Source: Neocallimastix sp. 'constans'
Lineage: Eukaryota
NCBI GenBank assembly: GCA_050613775.1
Contig: JBODTK010000158.1
Span: forward strand, 62,001-126,000
DNA length: 64,000 nt
Direction: 5' to 3'
The notes beneath the pieces are model-generated. The model searched no databases. It was not told the origin of the DNA and saw only the letters and a program-made list of their open reading frames with translations. Of this stretch, positions 27,210 to 40,815 are shown one piece after another. How positions within the stretch are numbered: the first letter of the stretch is position 1; each line of letters begins with the position of its first letter. The position numbers and the translations under genes were made by a program.

Positions 27210-30096
27210 ATTAAACGTGGCATCTTTTTTATTTTGTTATTTTTAATTACGTAATATTATTGTTTTTTATGAAATTATTATTATTATTATTATTAATATC
27301 CATATTATTACTATTATTATTATTAATCCATATTATTATTATTATATATATTATTATATATTATTAATAATTTTTAAATATCCTATTGTAATCTAAGAAC
27401 GAATAAAATTTAATTAAAAAATAGTTAAGTTTTAAAAATTGTTTCATCAATATTATTCTATATTATGATGTTTCATTGTATATATTTAAATAATATCTAT
27501 TTTTAAATATATAATATATATCTCATACTGTGCCATTACTCAAGCCATCATAAAAATAATAACATTTTAAATTATAATTGTTTAATTATTTTTATTCATA
27601 TATTTTATTATCTTAAATCTTTTAATAAAAAAAAAAAAAAAAAAAAAAAAAAGATTTTAATTAATAATGTCTCTAAAAATTTTAATTTAAAAATTTAATC
27701 AGTTAATAATAAAAAAAAAAAAAAAAAAAAAAAAAATTAAGGTTTTTTTTATCTTATCATATTTAGTAAAAACTTTAATTTTTATTATTATTAATAATAA
27801 TAAAATTACTTTCAACACTTTCACTATTAAATTTTTATTATTATTAATAATTAATAATAATAAATAATAATAAAAATATTTTTTTATATATAGAATTAAA
27901 TGACTTAATCCATAAAAAATTTATCTTTTCTTTTAAAAATTGTTATACTTTAATTTTATATATATCTCATTTAAATATGGCTATTTTTAATTTAACTTTT
28001 AATAAATAATTATAATTATTATGTTTTTGAGTATATCTAATGTTTAAAATATGGATATAAAATTAGATGGCTTATCCATATAAGTTTATCTTAATGTTCC
28101 CTTGTAATTATGATAGTTATGTTTTTATATATATCATATTTAAACTTATTGTTAAATTGATTTTTCAATTGTTGATCTTTCTTTTATGACATTATATTAT
28201 TAACATGATTCGTTTATTAATTTTATAAAATCAAGTATTATATACATAATTTTATAATACCATAATCTGTTTTCTTTTTATAAATATCAAATTCATAATT
28301 ATTAATTATAAAAAATAATAATAATAAAAATATTTAATATTTATTAATTAATAAAATACATAAAGTACTATATAATATCATTTATATATATATATATAGA
28401 TTTTTTTTTTTTTTTTTTTGTTATTTAATTTAATTATTAAAAACGTTTTTATTAGAAATACATATAAATATATAAATGATTTAATATTAAAATGATTAAT
28501 AAATTATCACTTTTATATTATACTTTCTTTTCAAATAAATATGAAATTTATTATTTAAATAATTTAATTATATTAATACTATCATATCATCATATCTATG
28601 ATATATCTATGATATATGACATTAAAATTAAAGTTTTTAAAACATTTTTACAGAAATTAATATATAATTTTAAAATTTAAACCAGAAATAATAAAAATTA
28701 AAAAAATAATAATAAAAATATAAATAAACAAGGAATTAAAAAAAAAAGAAAAAAAATAAAGAGATTAAATAAAATATAAATAAGATATTATTTAAATAAT
28801 AATGAATAAGATATTAGATATAATTGAAAAATTTTTTTCTATTTTTTTAAATATTTTTAAATAGATGATACACTAGCTACCAGTTTTTATAATAAGGATA
28901 ATAGAAACCAGAACAGATAATAACTAAATATTAATTAATAAAGATATTTATAAAAAAAAATGCATAAATTATTTTAATCTTTTTTTAATAATCTGTTATT
29001 GTTATTATTATTGTTATTATTATTATTATTAGTAGTAGTAGTAGTAGTATTGGCTTTATTATTATTAGTAGTATTAACATTTTTTATTATTATTCTTTAT
29101 TATTATGATTATTATTTTGATTATTAGTTTTATTAATTTTATTATTTTTATTATTATTAAATTTTATTAGTTTTGTTTCGGTTTTTTGTTTATTGTGTTT
29201 TTTTAATAAATAAATACAGAATTTCATATAGGATTATAAAAATTGATATGATATTTAATTATTTTAAAAAATATTTTTTATTTAATATTAATTATTGTTG
29301 TTTTATTATTTATTATTAATCCACCGAATATTATTATTTTTAAATTTTTTTTAAAAAAATTCAATATTTATTTTGTTTTTGAACATTTTTTATCGCAATG
29401 AATCGCGTTAATAACATTTTTAGTATTTTTATTATCGGTCACGAGATCGAAAAGCATATATTTTATGTAATTTATTTTAATTGACTGTATTATAATATAT
29501 TATAACATTTATTAAAATAAATTGATTTTGATCTATAATTTATATAAAATTTAATATAATTTCTAATATAAAACTTTAATTTTTTTTTTTTTTCGACATT
29601 TTTAGATTATCTTTTTTCATCACTCAACTCACAACAAATTACATTTATTTAACCCCAAATATATAATTTTTAGAATACTCATATTTATTTAATATGATAG
29701 ATTAATAATATAAAAACTTTATTTCAAATTTATTAAATAAAACAAAACTTTATTTTAGTTTATTGAACAAAAAAAGCTCCTTAATATTTATTAGAAATTA
29801 ATAATATAAAAAAAAAATATATAAAATAAAAGGTTTTTTTTCTTTTTTTTTTTTTTTTCTATTCATCAATATTAAATTAAATAAAAATAAACAATAATTA
29901 TTATAATATAATTAAATAAAAATAAACTTTTTATTTATATTTAAAAAAAAAAAAATATAATTAACTATTAAAAATAAATATTATAGTTATATTAAAAAGA
30001 ATAAATTATATTATTTTCTTCCAATTAAAATTAAATAAATAAATTAATAAATACATAAATTAAATAAATAAACAAATAGATAAATATATATTTAAG

Positions 30097-32298
30097 ATGC
30101 AAGTTATCGATACTGCTAAGTGGATTAAAGAAAATTATACCCCATATGAAGGTGATGCTTCTTTCTTAGTTACAAAAGCTTCTCAAAAAACTAAAGAAGT
30201 TTTAGATAAATGTAGTGAACTTCGTATTGAAGAAATAAAAAGTAATGGTTGTCTTGATGTAGATAATAAAACTATTTCTACCGTTAATGCTCATGAAGCT
30301 GGTTATATTATTAAAGAAAATGAAGATATTGTTGGTTTACAAACTGATGCTCCTCTTAAACGTTCAATTAAACCATTTGGTGGTGTTCGTGTTGTTAAGA
30401 ATGCTTTAAAGGCTTATGATCGTACTCTTGATCCTGAAGTTGAAGAAATTTTCAAGTACCGTAAAACTCACAATGATTGTGTTTTCGATCTTTACACTCC
30501 AGAAATGAGAAAAGCTAGATCTAATGCTATTCTTACCGGTTTACCAGATGGTTATGGTCGTGGAAGAATTATTGGTGATTACAGACGTATTGCTTTATAT
30601 GGTGTTGATCAATTAATTGAATGGAAAATGCAAGATAAACTTTCTATTGGAATCACAATGACAGAAGAAAACATGCGTACCAGAGAAGAACTTGCAGAAC
30701 AAGTCAAAGCACTAAATGAATTAAAAGCTCTTGGTCAAAGATATGGATATGATCTTTCAAAACCAGCTACTAATGCCAAAGAAGCTATTCAATGGACTTA
30801 CTTTGGTTACCTTGCTAGTGTTAAAGATCAAGACGGTGCTGCTATGTCTTTCGGACGTGTTGATTGTTTCTTTGATATTTATATTGAAAATGATATTAAG
30901 AAAGGAATCTTAACAGAAGCAGAAGCACAAGATTTAATTGATCAATTAATTATTAAACTTAGATTAGTTCGTCATTTACGTACTCCAGAATATAATGATT
31001 TATTCGCTGGTGATCCAACCTGGGTTACCATGGTTGTTGGTGGTATGAATAATGATGGAAGACCATTAGTTAGTAAAACTTCATATCGTATTGTTAATAC
31101 TCTCAGAACTCTTGGTGCTGCTCCAGAACCAAATATTACAGTTTTATGGAACAAGAATCTTCCAACTCCATTCAAGCATTTCTGTAATAAGATTTCAATT
31201 GAAACCTCATCAATTCAATATGAAAATGATAATCTTATGAACAAGATGTTTGGAGATGATTATGCTATTGCTTGTTGTGTTTCACAAATGAGAGTTGGTA
31301 AAGATATGCAATTCTTCGGTGCTCGTTGTAATTTAGCCAAGCTTTTACTTTACGCTTTCAATCATGGTTATGATGAAAGAACTGAAAAGCAAGTTGGACC
31401 AGATTTTGGAGATATTAAATTAAATGAAGATGGATCAGTCAACTTTGAATCCGCTTGGGAAATTTATGATAAAGCCATGGATTGGATTGCATGTCTTTAT
31501 GTCAATACCATGAATGCTATTCATTATTCTCATGATAAGTATTGTTATGAAGCTATTCAAATGGCACTTCATGATACTAATGTTCATCGTTATATGGCAT
31601 TCGGTATTGCCGGTTTCTCAGTTATTGTTGATTCGTTCTCTGCTATTAAGTACGCTAAGGTTTTCCCAGTTCGTAACCCAGAAACTAATTTAACTACCGA
31701 TTTCAAGATTGAAGGTGACTTCCCAAAATTCGGTAATGATGATGATCGTGTTGATCACTTTGCTGTTGAAATTCCAAAGATCTTCCTTGCCAAGTTAAAG
31801 AAATATCCAGCTTACAGAAACGCTGAACATACCTTATCTATCTTAACCATTACTTCAAATGTCGTTTACGGTAAGAAGACTGGTTCTACTCCAGATGGTC
31901 GTAAGGCTGGTGAAGCTTTCGCTCCAGGTTGTAATCCAATGCATGGACGTGAAACTAATGGAGCTGTTGCTTCTCTTAATTCAGTTAGTAAAGTTGAATA
32001 TGAATATTGTAAAGATGGTATTTCCAATACTTTCACATTCGTTCCAACTGTTTTAGGTAAATTTGATGATGAACGTGTTGCTAATCTTTCTGGTTTATTA
32101 GATGGTTACTTCAACCAAGGAGGTTTCCACTTGAATGTTAATGTTTTAGTTCGTGAAACTTTAAAGGATGCCATGGTCCACCCAGAACTCTATCCAAACT
32201 TAACTATTCGTGTTTCTGGTTACGCTGTTCATTTCATTCGTTTAACCCCAGATCAACAAAGAGAAGTTATTGCCAGAACTTTCCATGAAACTCTTTAA
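30097..32298 (+). CDS. pfl: Pyruvate formate-lyase, copy 3, 733 aa, intronless
   Basis: Continuous ORF ATGCAAGTTATCGAT...; IACCVS and TIRVSGY present; distinct N-terminal residues ([16 protein letters not shown]). Confidence 0.97.
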   Translation: MQVIDTAKWIKENYTPYEGDASFLVTKASQKTKEVLDKCSELRIEEIKSNGCLDVDNKTISTVNAHEAGYIIKENEDIVGLQTDAPLKRSIKPFGGVRVVKNALKAYDRTLDPEVEEIFKYRKTHNDCVFDLYTPEMRKARSNAILTGLPDGYGRGRIIGDYRRIALYGVDQLIEWKMQDKLSIGITMTEENMRTREELAEQVKALNELKALGQRYGYDLSKPATNAKEAIQWTYFGYLASVKDQDGAAMSFGRVDCFFDIYIENDIKKGILTEAEAQDLIDQLIIKLRLVRHLRTPEYNDLFAGDPTWVTMVVGGMNNDGRPLVSKTSYRIVNTLRTLGAAPEPNITVLWNKNLPTPFKHFCNKISIETSSIQYENDNLMNKMFGDDYAIACCVSQMRVGKDMQFFGARCNLAKLLLYAFNHGYDERTEKQVGPDFGDIKLNEDGSVNFESAWEIYDKAMDWIACLYVNTMNAIHYSHDKYCYEAIQMALHDTNVHRYMAFGIAGFSVIVDSFSAIKYAKVFPVRNPETNLTTDFKIEGDFPKFGNDDDRVDHFAVEIPKIFLAKLKKYPAYRNAEHTLSILTITSNVVYGKKTGSTPDGRKAGEAFAPGCNPMHGRETNGAVASLNSVSKVEYEYCKDGISNTFTFVPTVLGKFDDERVANLSGLLDGYFNQGGFHLNVNVLVRETLKDAMVHPELYPNLTIRVSGYAVHFIRLTPDQQREVIARTFHETL

Positions 32299-35200
32299 AA
32301 ATTATTATATCTCTATATAATAAATAATACTAATTTATTATGTTATAAATAATACAATTACAAAAAAAAATATATATATATATATTAAAATCTATTTAAA
32401 TTTTTTAAAAAGAAAATGTTAAAAAAAAAACAAAAAACTATCTTCATTTATTGTAAATATCATTACTTTTATATATGAGTATTACAATATAAATAATTAA
32501 ATCATTTTTTACCATGAATATTAAACCAATATTCATTAAATAATCTTTTTTTCATATAACAAAAATATTTAGTATATTATGTAAATAATTAAAAATATTA
32601 AAAAGTTAATAAAAAATAAAAATTAAAAAATATATATATATATATAAATATTTAAAAAAGCATGAATAAATAAAATTTTTTATTAATAAAGTTATTATTT
32701 ATTAGTTATTTGATAATAAAGGATAATTGAAAATTAAATAATTATATATTAAGGGTTAGGAAATCACATTTCAAAATTTTATGCTTATGAATTATAAAAT
32801 ACCAACATTGAAAAATAATGAAAAAAAATTTTATAAACAATTTAATGACATTTTATTATTATTATTATTTCTATTATTATTGTTATTATTATTAATAAAT
32901 CTCTTATTAATTATAACATTTAAAAAATCAAAGGTTTACATATCTTCAAATAAAAAAAAAGGAAAAAAAAAATAAGGCTGATTATGACGGAAATTTAAAA
33001 TATAAAATAAAAAACTTATAAATAACTTTAAAAATGGGATATTATTAGATTATTAATTGTTAATTTTATAATATGGATTTTTAAATGCAATGCTCTTGCA
33101 TCTTTTAGATGGAATTCTTTAAATTTCATCGATGATCTCTATGTTTTATTCATTAGGAAGATTAGAGTGTTTAATCCTCTTTCTTCCTATGACTCTATTT
33201 CTAATTTTGAAGATTATATCAATCATTATATATACTTGTTCCTTCTAGGTGGAACTTTAGCTTCAAATGGAGCTACATTTTGATAGTGGGGAACAGAGAC
33301 AATTAAATGAACTACTACTTTTCAAAGGTTCATCTGAGTCACCTGTTCTAAAAATTGTGGACTTGGCGGAATTCTAGACACTACACTATCTATTTTAAAG
33401 ATGTTACTTCTAGGTTTTATTTTTTTTTTTTTTGTTTGTTAGGAATGGAAAATTCCCGCATAGTACAACTTGCCAAAATATATAGTATTTGTGAGCTTTT
33501 TTATTTTTTATTTTTTTTTAACTTTTATTTTTATTTTTAATTTCAAATGTACTTTTTATCTACATGTATTTTTTAAAATAAAATTAATAAAGTTTTGGAA
33601 GTGTATTCTCTTCCCTGTCTAAAAAAAAAAAAAAAAAAAACATAACTTTAAAATATATATATATAAAACTCTTTACAAATAAAATAAAATTAAAAAGATT
33701 TACATATCTTTAAAATATATATATAAAACTTTTTATAAAGAAAAAAATTCATTAAAAAATTTTTTTTTAAAAATAAATAAAATATTTTTTAAAAATAAAA
33801 TATTCTTTAAAAATAAAGTATTTAAATAAAAGTTTTAGAAAAATAATATTTATTTTAACCTTCTATGTTTATATTTATTTTATAATTAAATTTATTCATA
33901 TAATACGCCTTATTATACAAAACCAAAAAAAATAAATTACATCACATTTTATTTAAAGCCACATTACAAAATTCAATACACTCATTGAAATGTTATATTT
34001 AATTAAAATTATATATTGAAAAGATTATAGAATAAGTCATGTGATGCACTTATTCAAATATTATTGGTAAATTGATGTTACTTTTTTTTTTAATTAACAA
34101 ATTAACATAAAATTTATAATCTATTATAAAAAAAAGTTTTATTATGATTACACAAGACTAAAAGAATAATTAATTGAATTATTTGATTATTACATTAATT
34201 ATTCTATTATTGATAATATAAATTAATATATTATTAATATATTGAATCAATATATGAATTTTTATAATGAAAATTAAAATCAATTTTTTTTTTTTTAATA
34301 AAACTTCTATTTTTTTATATTCAAATTTTTTTAAAAAAAATAATATAGGTTTATTTAATATTTTACTTTATTTTTGTATAAACTAATATTATATTTTATT
34401 ATTATTAAACAAAAAAAAAAAAAAAAGGTTAACAATAAAAATAAAAAAAAAATTATTAAACAGTAATTTTTAAATATTAAAATTATATTTATGTAAAATT
34501 TATGTAATGGAATATAAAAAAATAAAAAACCTATGCATTAAATGAATATTAAATTTATGCATTAAATGAATATTTATTATAATATCAATGCCTAATAATA
34601 GACATAGATTATATGTTTTCCCTTACAATGTAAATTTTTATGTAGATTTTAAATAAAATTTATTTACAATTTATTTTAATTATTTTTATTTATTACTAAT
34701 GAAAAAGATTATAAAATGAAGTATGTATAATAAATTATAATCTATTATTTAGATACATATATATATGAATTATTTAATTTTCAATAATATTTCAAAAAAT
34801 AAAAAATAAGAGTAATAAATCAAAACTAATTACATGTACATTTATATAAATAAAAAAATATTTAATAATTCATTAGAATACATAAATAAAGTTAAATAGA
34901 CAAACAAACAAATAAACAAACAAGAAAACAAATAAACAAAAAAACAAAAAAAACAAAAATAAAAAAAATAAAAGAAACGAAAAAAAAAAGAAAAAAAAAA
35001 AACGATAGGTCTATGGTCAATAGATGAACCATTCTTGTCCACAAAAAAAATATACTAGATAATCTGCCTTTCTATTTATTATGATGCTATATAGATTAAT
35101 ATTAAACTACTATTTTTATTTTTATTTTTATTTTTATTTTTTTATTTATCCTTTATTAAAATAAAATTACAGTTAGGTTAAATTTATTCTTCATAAAAAA

Positions 35201-37333
35201 AAATAAAAATTACCCTGAAAAGAAATAAAATAACAAGTAAATTCTAAAAATTAACCTTTTGTAATAATTATCTTTTCTTTTTTTTAATTATTTAATTTTT
35301 TTATTTTTATTTTTATTTTTTTTTTTTATTTTTTAAGGAAAGAATTAAATAAATAATTTAACAATAAACAATTTAACATTTAAAGCATCGATTTTATAAT
35401 ATAATATATTAGTATAGCTTTAATAAGTATTATCCATTTTACTAATTTTTATTTATGTTCATGATTTCTACTTTATTTTTTCATTTTCGTGTTAAATAAT
35501 AATAAACCATTATTACGAAAAAATGAAATACGTAATATATTACAATACATTAATAATATATTTAATAATAATAATATTAAAAAGGAAGATAGATTATTAT
35601 ATTTTCGTTTTTTCTTATTTTATATTGTATAAAAATTTAATTAAATATATTGTACTGGGAATAAATGAAATTTAATTATTCATTCATTGTCAAGTCACTA
35701 TAATTTATTAAAATAATATTATTCATTTTTAACTATTTATTATATTTCTTTAAAATTATGACTTTATTTTTTATTTTATTTTATTTATTATTATTTTTTT
35801 TATTGCTTGCTTTTCAGAAGTTTCAATGATATTCATAGATATATTTAAGTATATATAAATTAGAGAATAAAATCAATAATTAAAATAAAAATAATCTATT
35901 GATTATTTTAATATTTATAGTTTAAGTAAAAAAAAAATTAAATATTTAATTTTTATATAAATAGAAAAAAAATATATTATTATAATATATATATATTTTA
36001 TTTAAAGAAATTAATTCTCCCTTTAAATTACATTAAAATATACTCTAAAATCATTAATTATTATTATATTTATATTACTTTTATTTCATTCATAAATGCA
36101 AAGCTAACTTTTTTAAATTTAATTTTATCTCTACGCCGTATCTAAATAAGATCGTATAATTAAAAAAAAAAAAAAATTAATAAACTTTTATAAATTTTTA
36201 AACTTTTTTTTTTTTTTTTTTAACAAAAATAAAGTTATTTAATTTGATAATAAATCTAATTTTTTTTTATCTTAATTATAGAATTTTTTAAAACATATGT
36301 TTAATTATTATTATTATTATTATTTATTATTTATTATTTATTTTTTATTATTTATTTTTTATTATTTATTTTTTATTATTTATTACTATTACCTTCTATA
36401 ATATTAAATTCTTTTTATTCATTTTATAATATATAGTCTTTTAATAAAATATTGTTTTATTTTTGCATTTTAAGAATAATTATAGAAATAATTTTAATAT
36501 ATAATATATTTTTAATTTCAAAGTTTAATTTCATTATTTATTACTAATTAAAATTGGTTAAAATTAAAAGCTAGCTTGAAATTATAAACATATATATATA
36601 TATTTTATAAAGTTTCATAATCATCTATCACCTTTTAAAATAATAGAGATTGGAATAAAAAAAAGAGAAAAGAAAAAAATTTCACTTCTAATAATTAAAG
36701 TGATGGATAATAATCATGATTATATGTGAAAAAAAATGAATGATTATGGAAATAATACAAAGAAAAGTGTTATTTAGAATATTGATCATGATATATAATA
36801 ATTAATTTTATTTATAAATTGATAGATATATAAATAAAAAAAGGTTTTTATTAATTTATTTTTTTTTTTTTTATTTTAAATTAATTTTTTTTTTTAAAAA
36901 AAAATTAAAATTAAAGTATATAATTTTTAAAATATATATTAATTTTTTTAATAATGAATGTGAATAAAAATAATTGTTAATTTTTTTTATTTTTAAGATA
37001 AAAATTTAATTAACAATTATTTATCTTATATATATATATATATTTTTTTATTTTTTATTTTTTTTTTAAGAAAAAAAGAGAATAAAAATTGTTGATATTT
37101 AATACTATAAAAATAAATAATAATATTTTATTATTTTTTATTCTAATATCTATACTAATTCTAGAATAATGAAAAAAAAAGTTTATATCACTTTTGTATT
37201 ACTTTTGATTAAAATTATTTTATTTTAGATGTTATTAGTAACATATGTGGAGGTTAATTCCACGTGAGTAGTATTTAAGGGTAATGTTTACTGTTTTATT
37301 AAAAAACTTTTATTTTATTTTGTTTTTTTTAAG

Positions 37334-37505
37334 AAGTATAATAAATTCATTGTAAGACATGGAAAGATAATTAAGAGTACAGGGAATTAAATATGGATAT
37401 GGATAAATAAATAATTCAAGTATAATAAATTCATCGTAAGAAGCAATAAATTGGTAATAAGAAGTATAGAGAATTAAATATGGATATGGATAAATAAATA
37501 ATTAA
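37334..37505. repeat. Two-copy ~85-bp tandem duplication
   Basis: AAGTATAATAAATTCAT(T/C)GTAAGA...GAATTAAATATGGATATGGATAAATAAATAATT occurs twice, flanked by CCACGTGA at ~37260 and ~37553. Confidence 0.7.
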
Positions 37506-40500
37506 GATATTTGATAAAATAATTTTATTTAAATTATTATAGAGAGTTTAATCCACGTGATATAACCAATTTATAATAAAGTAAAAGAACTTTGAAAAAA
37601 AGATTAATTGTAAATATTAAATATAAATAATTGATGTATGGTATATAAAATGGATAATTATAATTTATACATATTGTCAAAAAAAAAAAAAAAAAAAAAT
37701 AATTATAAATATTTTTAATATTATTCTTATAAAATTATTTATTTTCGATAAAATTAGGTTATAAAGTTCTATAATAATTTGTATTTATTAACTTTTTTTT
37801 TTGTTATATAAAAAAAAAGAAAAGATAATTATTAGTAATATATAAATAATTAAATAATAAATAATAAGAGTAAAAAGTAATTAATAAGAAATACTAAATA
37901 AAATATAATAAAAAACAAATATTATATAATAAAACTACTTAATTCAAGATTGACAATATTTATTTTAATAACAATATTAAATATACGAAGTTTTTATATA
38001 AAATGAAAATATAAATAGCAATTAATAGAAAATTCTAAAAATAATAATAGTGTTCCTTAATAATTATTGTAAAATTTTATATGTTTTATGCATTTTTTTT
38101 CTCTCCTATTTTACTTATCTATTTCTATTTATAAATAGTGATTTGGTTATTTCATTTTTCATTTTATTAGTACGTACAGTAAAAATTTTTATAACAATAA
38201 TAATCAATTTAATAAAGTTAAAAAAGTAATACTTTCAAATACTTTTATTACAATGATTTATATTAATGAAATTATAGTATATATATATATTCCATATTAT
38301 TTTTAATAATGTGGATAATGTTAAAGAAATAATAGCATTAAGTTTATTATTTTTTTTTTCTAAAGAAATAATATTTAATTAAAACTATTTATATAACTTA
38401 ATATATAATTTTATCTGTTATTATAAAATTAATATTTAAAATAGAAATTAAAAATTCTGTATTTAGTATAACTACAATTAATAAAATGTCAGTTTCGATA
38501 TATCTTACTAATAAAAGGTTTTTTTTCTTTTATGTAGTAAATATACATTAAGCGGAATATTCATATATACAATAATTTAATTACTATATTTTATATACAT
38601 ATATACAATAATTTAATATCCCAATATATATTTATAAAACATATATATTTATTTATATATAAATAATAATTAATAATTCTTCAATTAGTAGTTTTTTTTT
38701 TTTTTTCTTTTGTATGTGTTTTTTGTACCAATTTAATTTAATATTTAAAGGTTTTGAAAATAAAGGCGTTATTTCAAATTTGATGGCAAAATTTTAAAAG
38801 TTTTCTTGAAAGTTGAGTGTTTATATTAATTATTTTATTTTTATTTTTTTTTTTAATTTTTTAATATTTTATTTTTTTTATTATATTATTTTATTTTATT
38901 TTATTTTTTTTTTTTTGATGATTATTCTTATCCAATAGATTTAATGTAAATATATTGATTTAAAATTTTTCTTATTCTCTATTTATTGAATAATTATAAA
39001 ATATATTGATTATATAATAGAATGTATTACATAATATAAAAAGTAAAACGTAATAAAATAAAGTTCTTCTATTTACATAAATTCAATATATATCTATGCT
39101 AAAAAAAAATTAAATTATAAAAAATAATAAAACGATTAGATTTTAGAATCGAATATTAAATATAATGAAAAAACTAAATTATATATTCTAATTAAATTAA
39201 AATAATATATAAATACAATATATTAATAAAATAATATATTGATGTATATTAATTTAAATTTCTAAAATATTAAGGTATATAATCTTAATTATTATATTAA
39301 TATATGTATTCCGTAATAAATTATTTCCATAATATATATATTACATATATTAATATTTATTTTCTATAGGATTGAATATGCTTCGAAAAATAATTATATT
39401 AGATAGATAATATATCACAGAATATCAAAACCTAATAATTTAAAAAATAATTAAAATTTCAATATATTAAACAATATAAATATATATATTGACAATATAT
39501 GGAATATAGAGTTCATCATTAATTTATACATTTCTTAACCTTTAATTCGGTTGTAAATCCTTTTCTTTATTATTGTTAATTATCAATTATAATATAATTA
39601 TAAATTTATATTCTCAAGCTTGTTTTATTTTAAAAATGTTATTTTTTTTATTTCGCTTTCTTTTCTTCTTCTTCCTTTAGTAAATGTAAATATTTTGGAT
39701 TTCGTCTAAAACTAAATATTATATTATATTTAATTAAAAAAAGAAATATTCTAATTAAACAAATTTTGAAAGTAAATAATGAGTATAGTTGGCTTTAATT
39801 GTATATTATTTAACATTTGTGAAAATAAGTTAAAACTATTTGCAATCTTTTTATTTATTGGCATTTAATCCATCCCTTAATAGCTTTAACATTGTAATAG
39901 AATGAATAAAATAAATAAATAAATAGATAAATAAATAAATAAATAAATAAATATGTAAATAAATATGTAAATAAATAAATAAACATGTAAATAAATAAAT
40001 AAATATGCAAATAAATAAATGTAAATAAATAAGCAAATAAATAAATAAGTAAATGAATGAATGAATAAATTTATAATTTCATTATTAAAACTTTTTTTTG
40101 TATATATATAATAAGATATATTAAAAAATTTATTTATTTAATTATATATATTATTTATTAGATGTTACTGTTACTTATTCAATATATAATTATATAATAT
40201 TAAATAAAAGATGATAAATTGGTCGTCTAGATTTAAATATAAAAATACATAATCTTTTTTTTTTTTTCTTGATGCTATTTCAATTTTTATTCGTCAAGTA
40301 AATATATTAATTTGTATTTTACATATATTAATTTATACTGATAATATATTATATTGATTTATTTTTTATAGAATATATATTGATTAATATAGATGAATAT
40401 ACTATAGCTTTTTTTTCCTAATAATTAATCAAATTGATGATGAATATAATTCATAATATATAAATTATATGGTCTAGTAATATATTCCTAGTAATATATT

Positions 40501-40815
40501 CCATTAATTTAATATTATATTCTTATTACTTTTTATTATATATTAATATATAACATCTTTAATAATTGTTAATCATATTAAAGAAGATTAATATAATTAA
40601 GGAATTTGAGATGAATTAAAAATCAAATAAATACCTCTGAAAACCTTTTTCTTTTTCTTTTTTTTTTTACACACACAAAAAAATATATATCTATATTTTA
40701 AAAATATTAAAATTTATATTTTAATAATATTTTAATATTTTTTTATTTATTTTTAATAAAACATAATATTATTAAATATATATAATTGTTTTTTATATAT
40801 TATTTATAAATAAAA

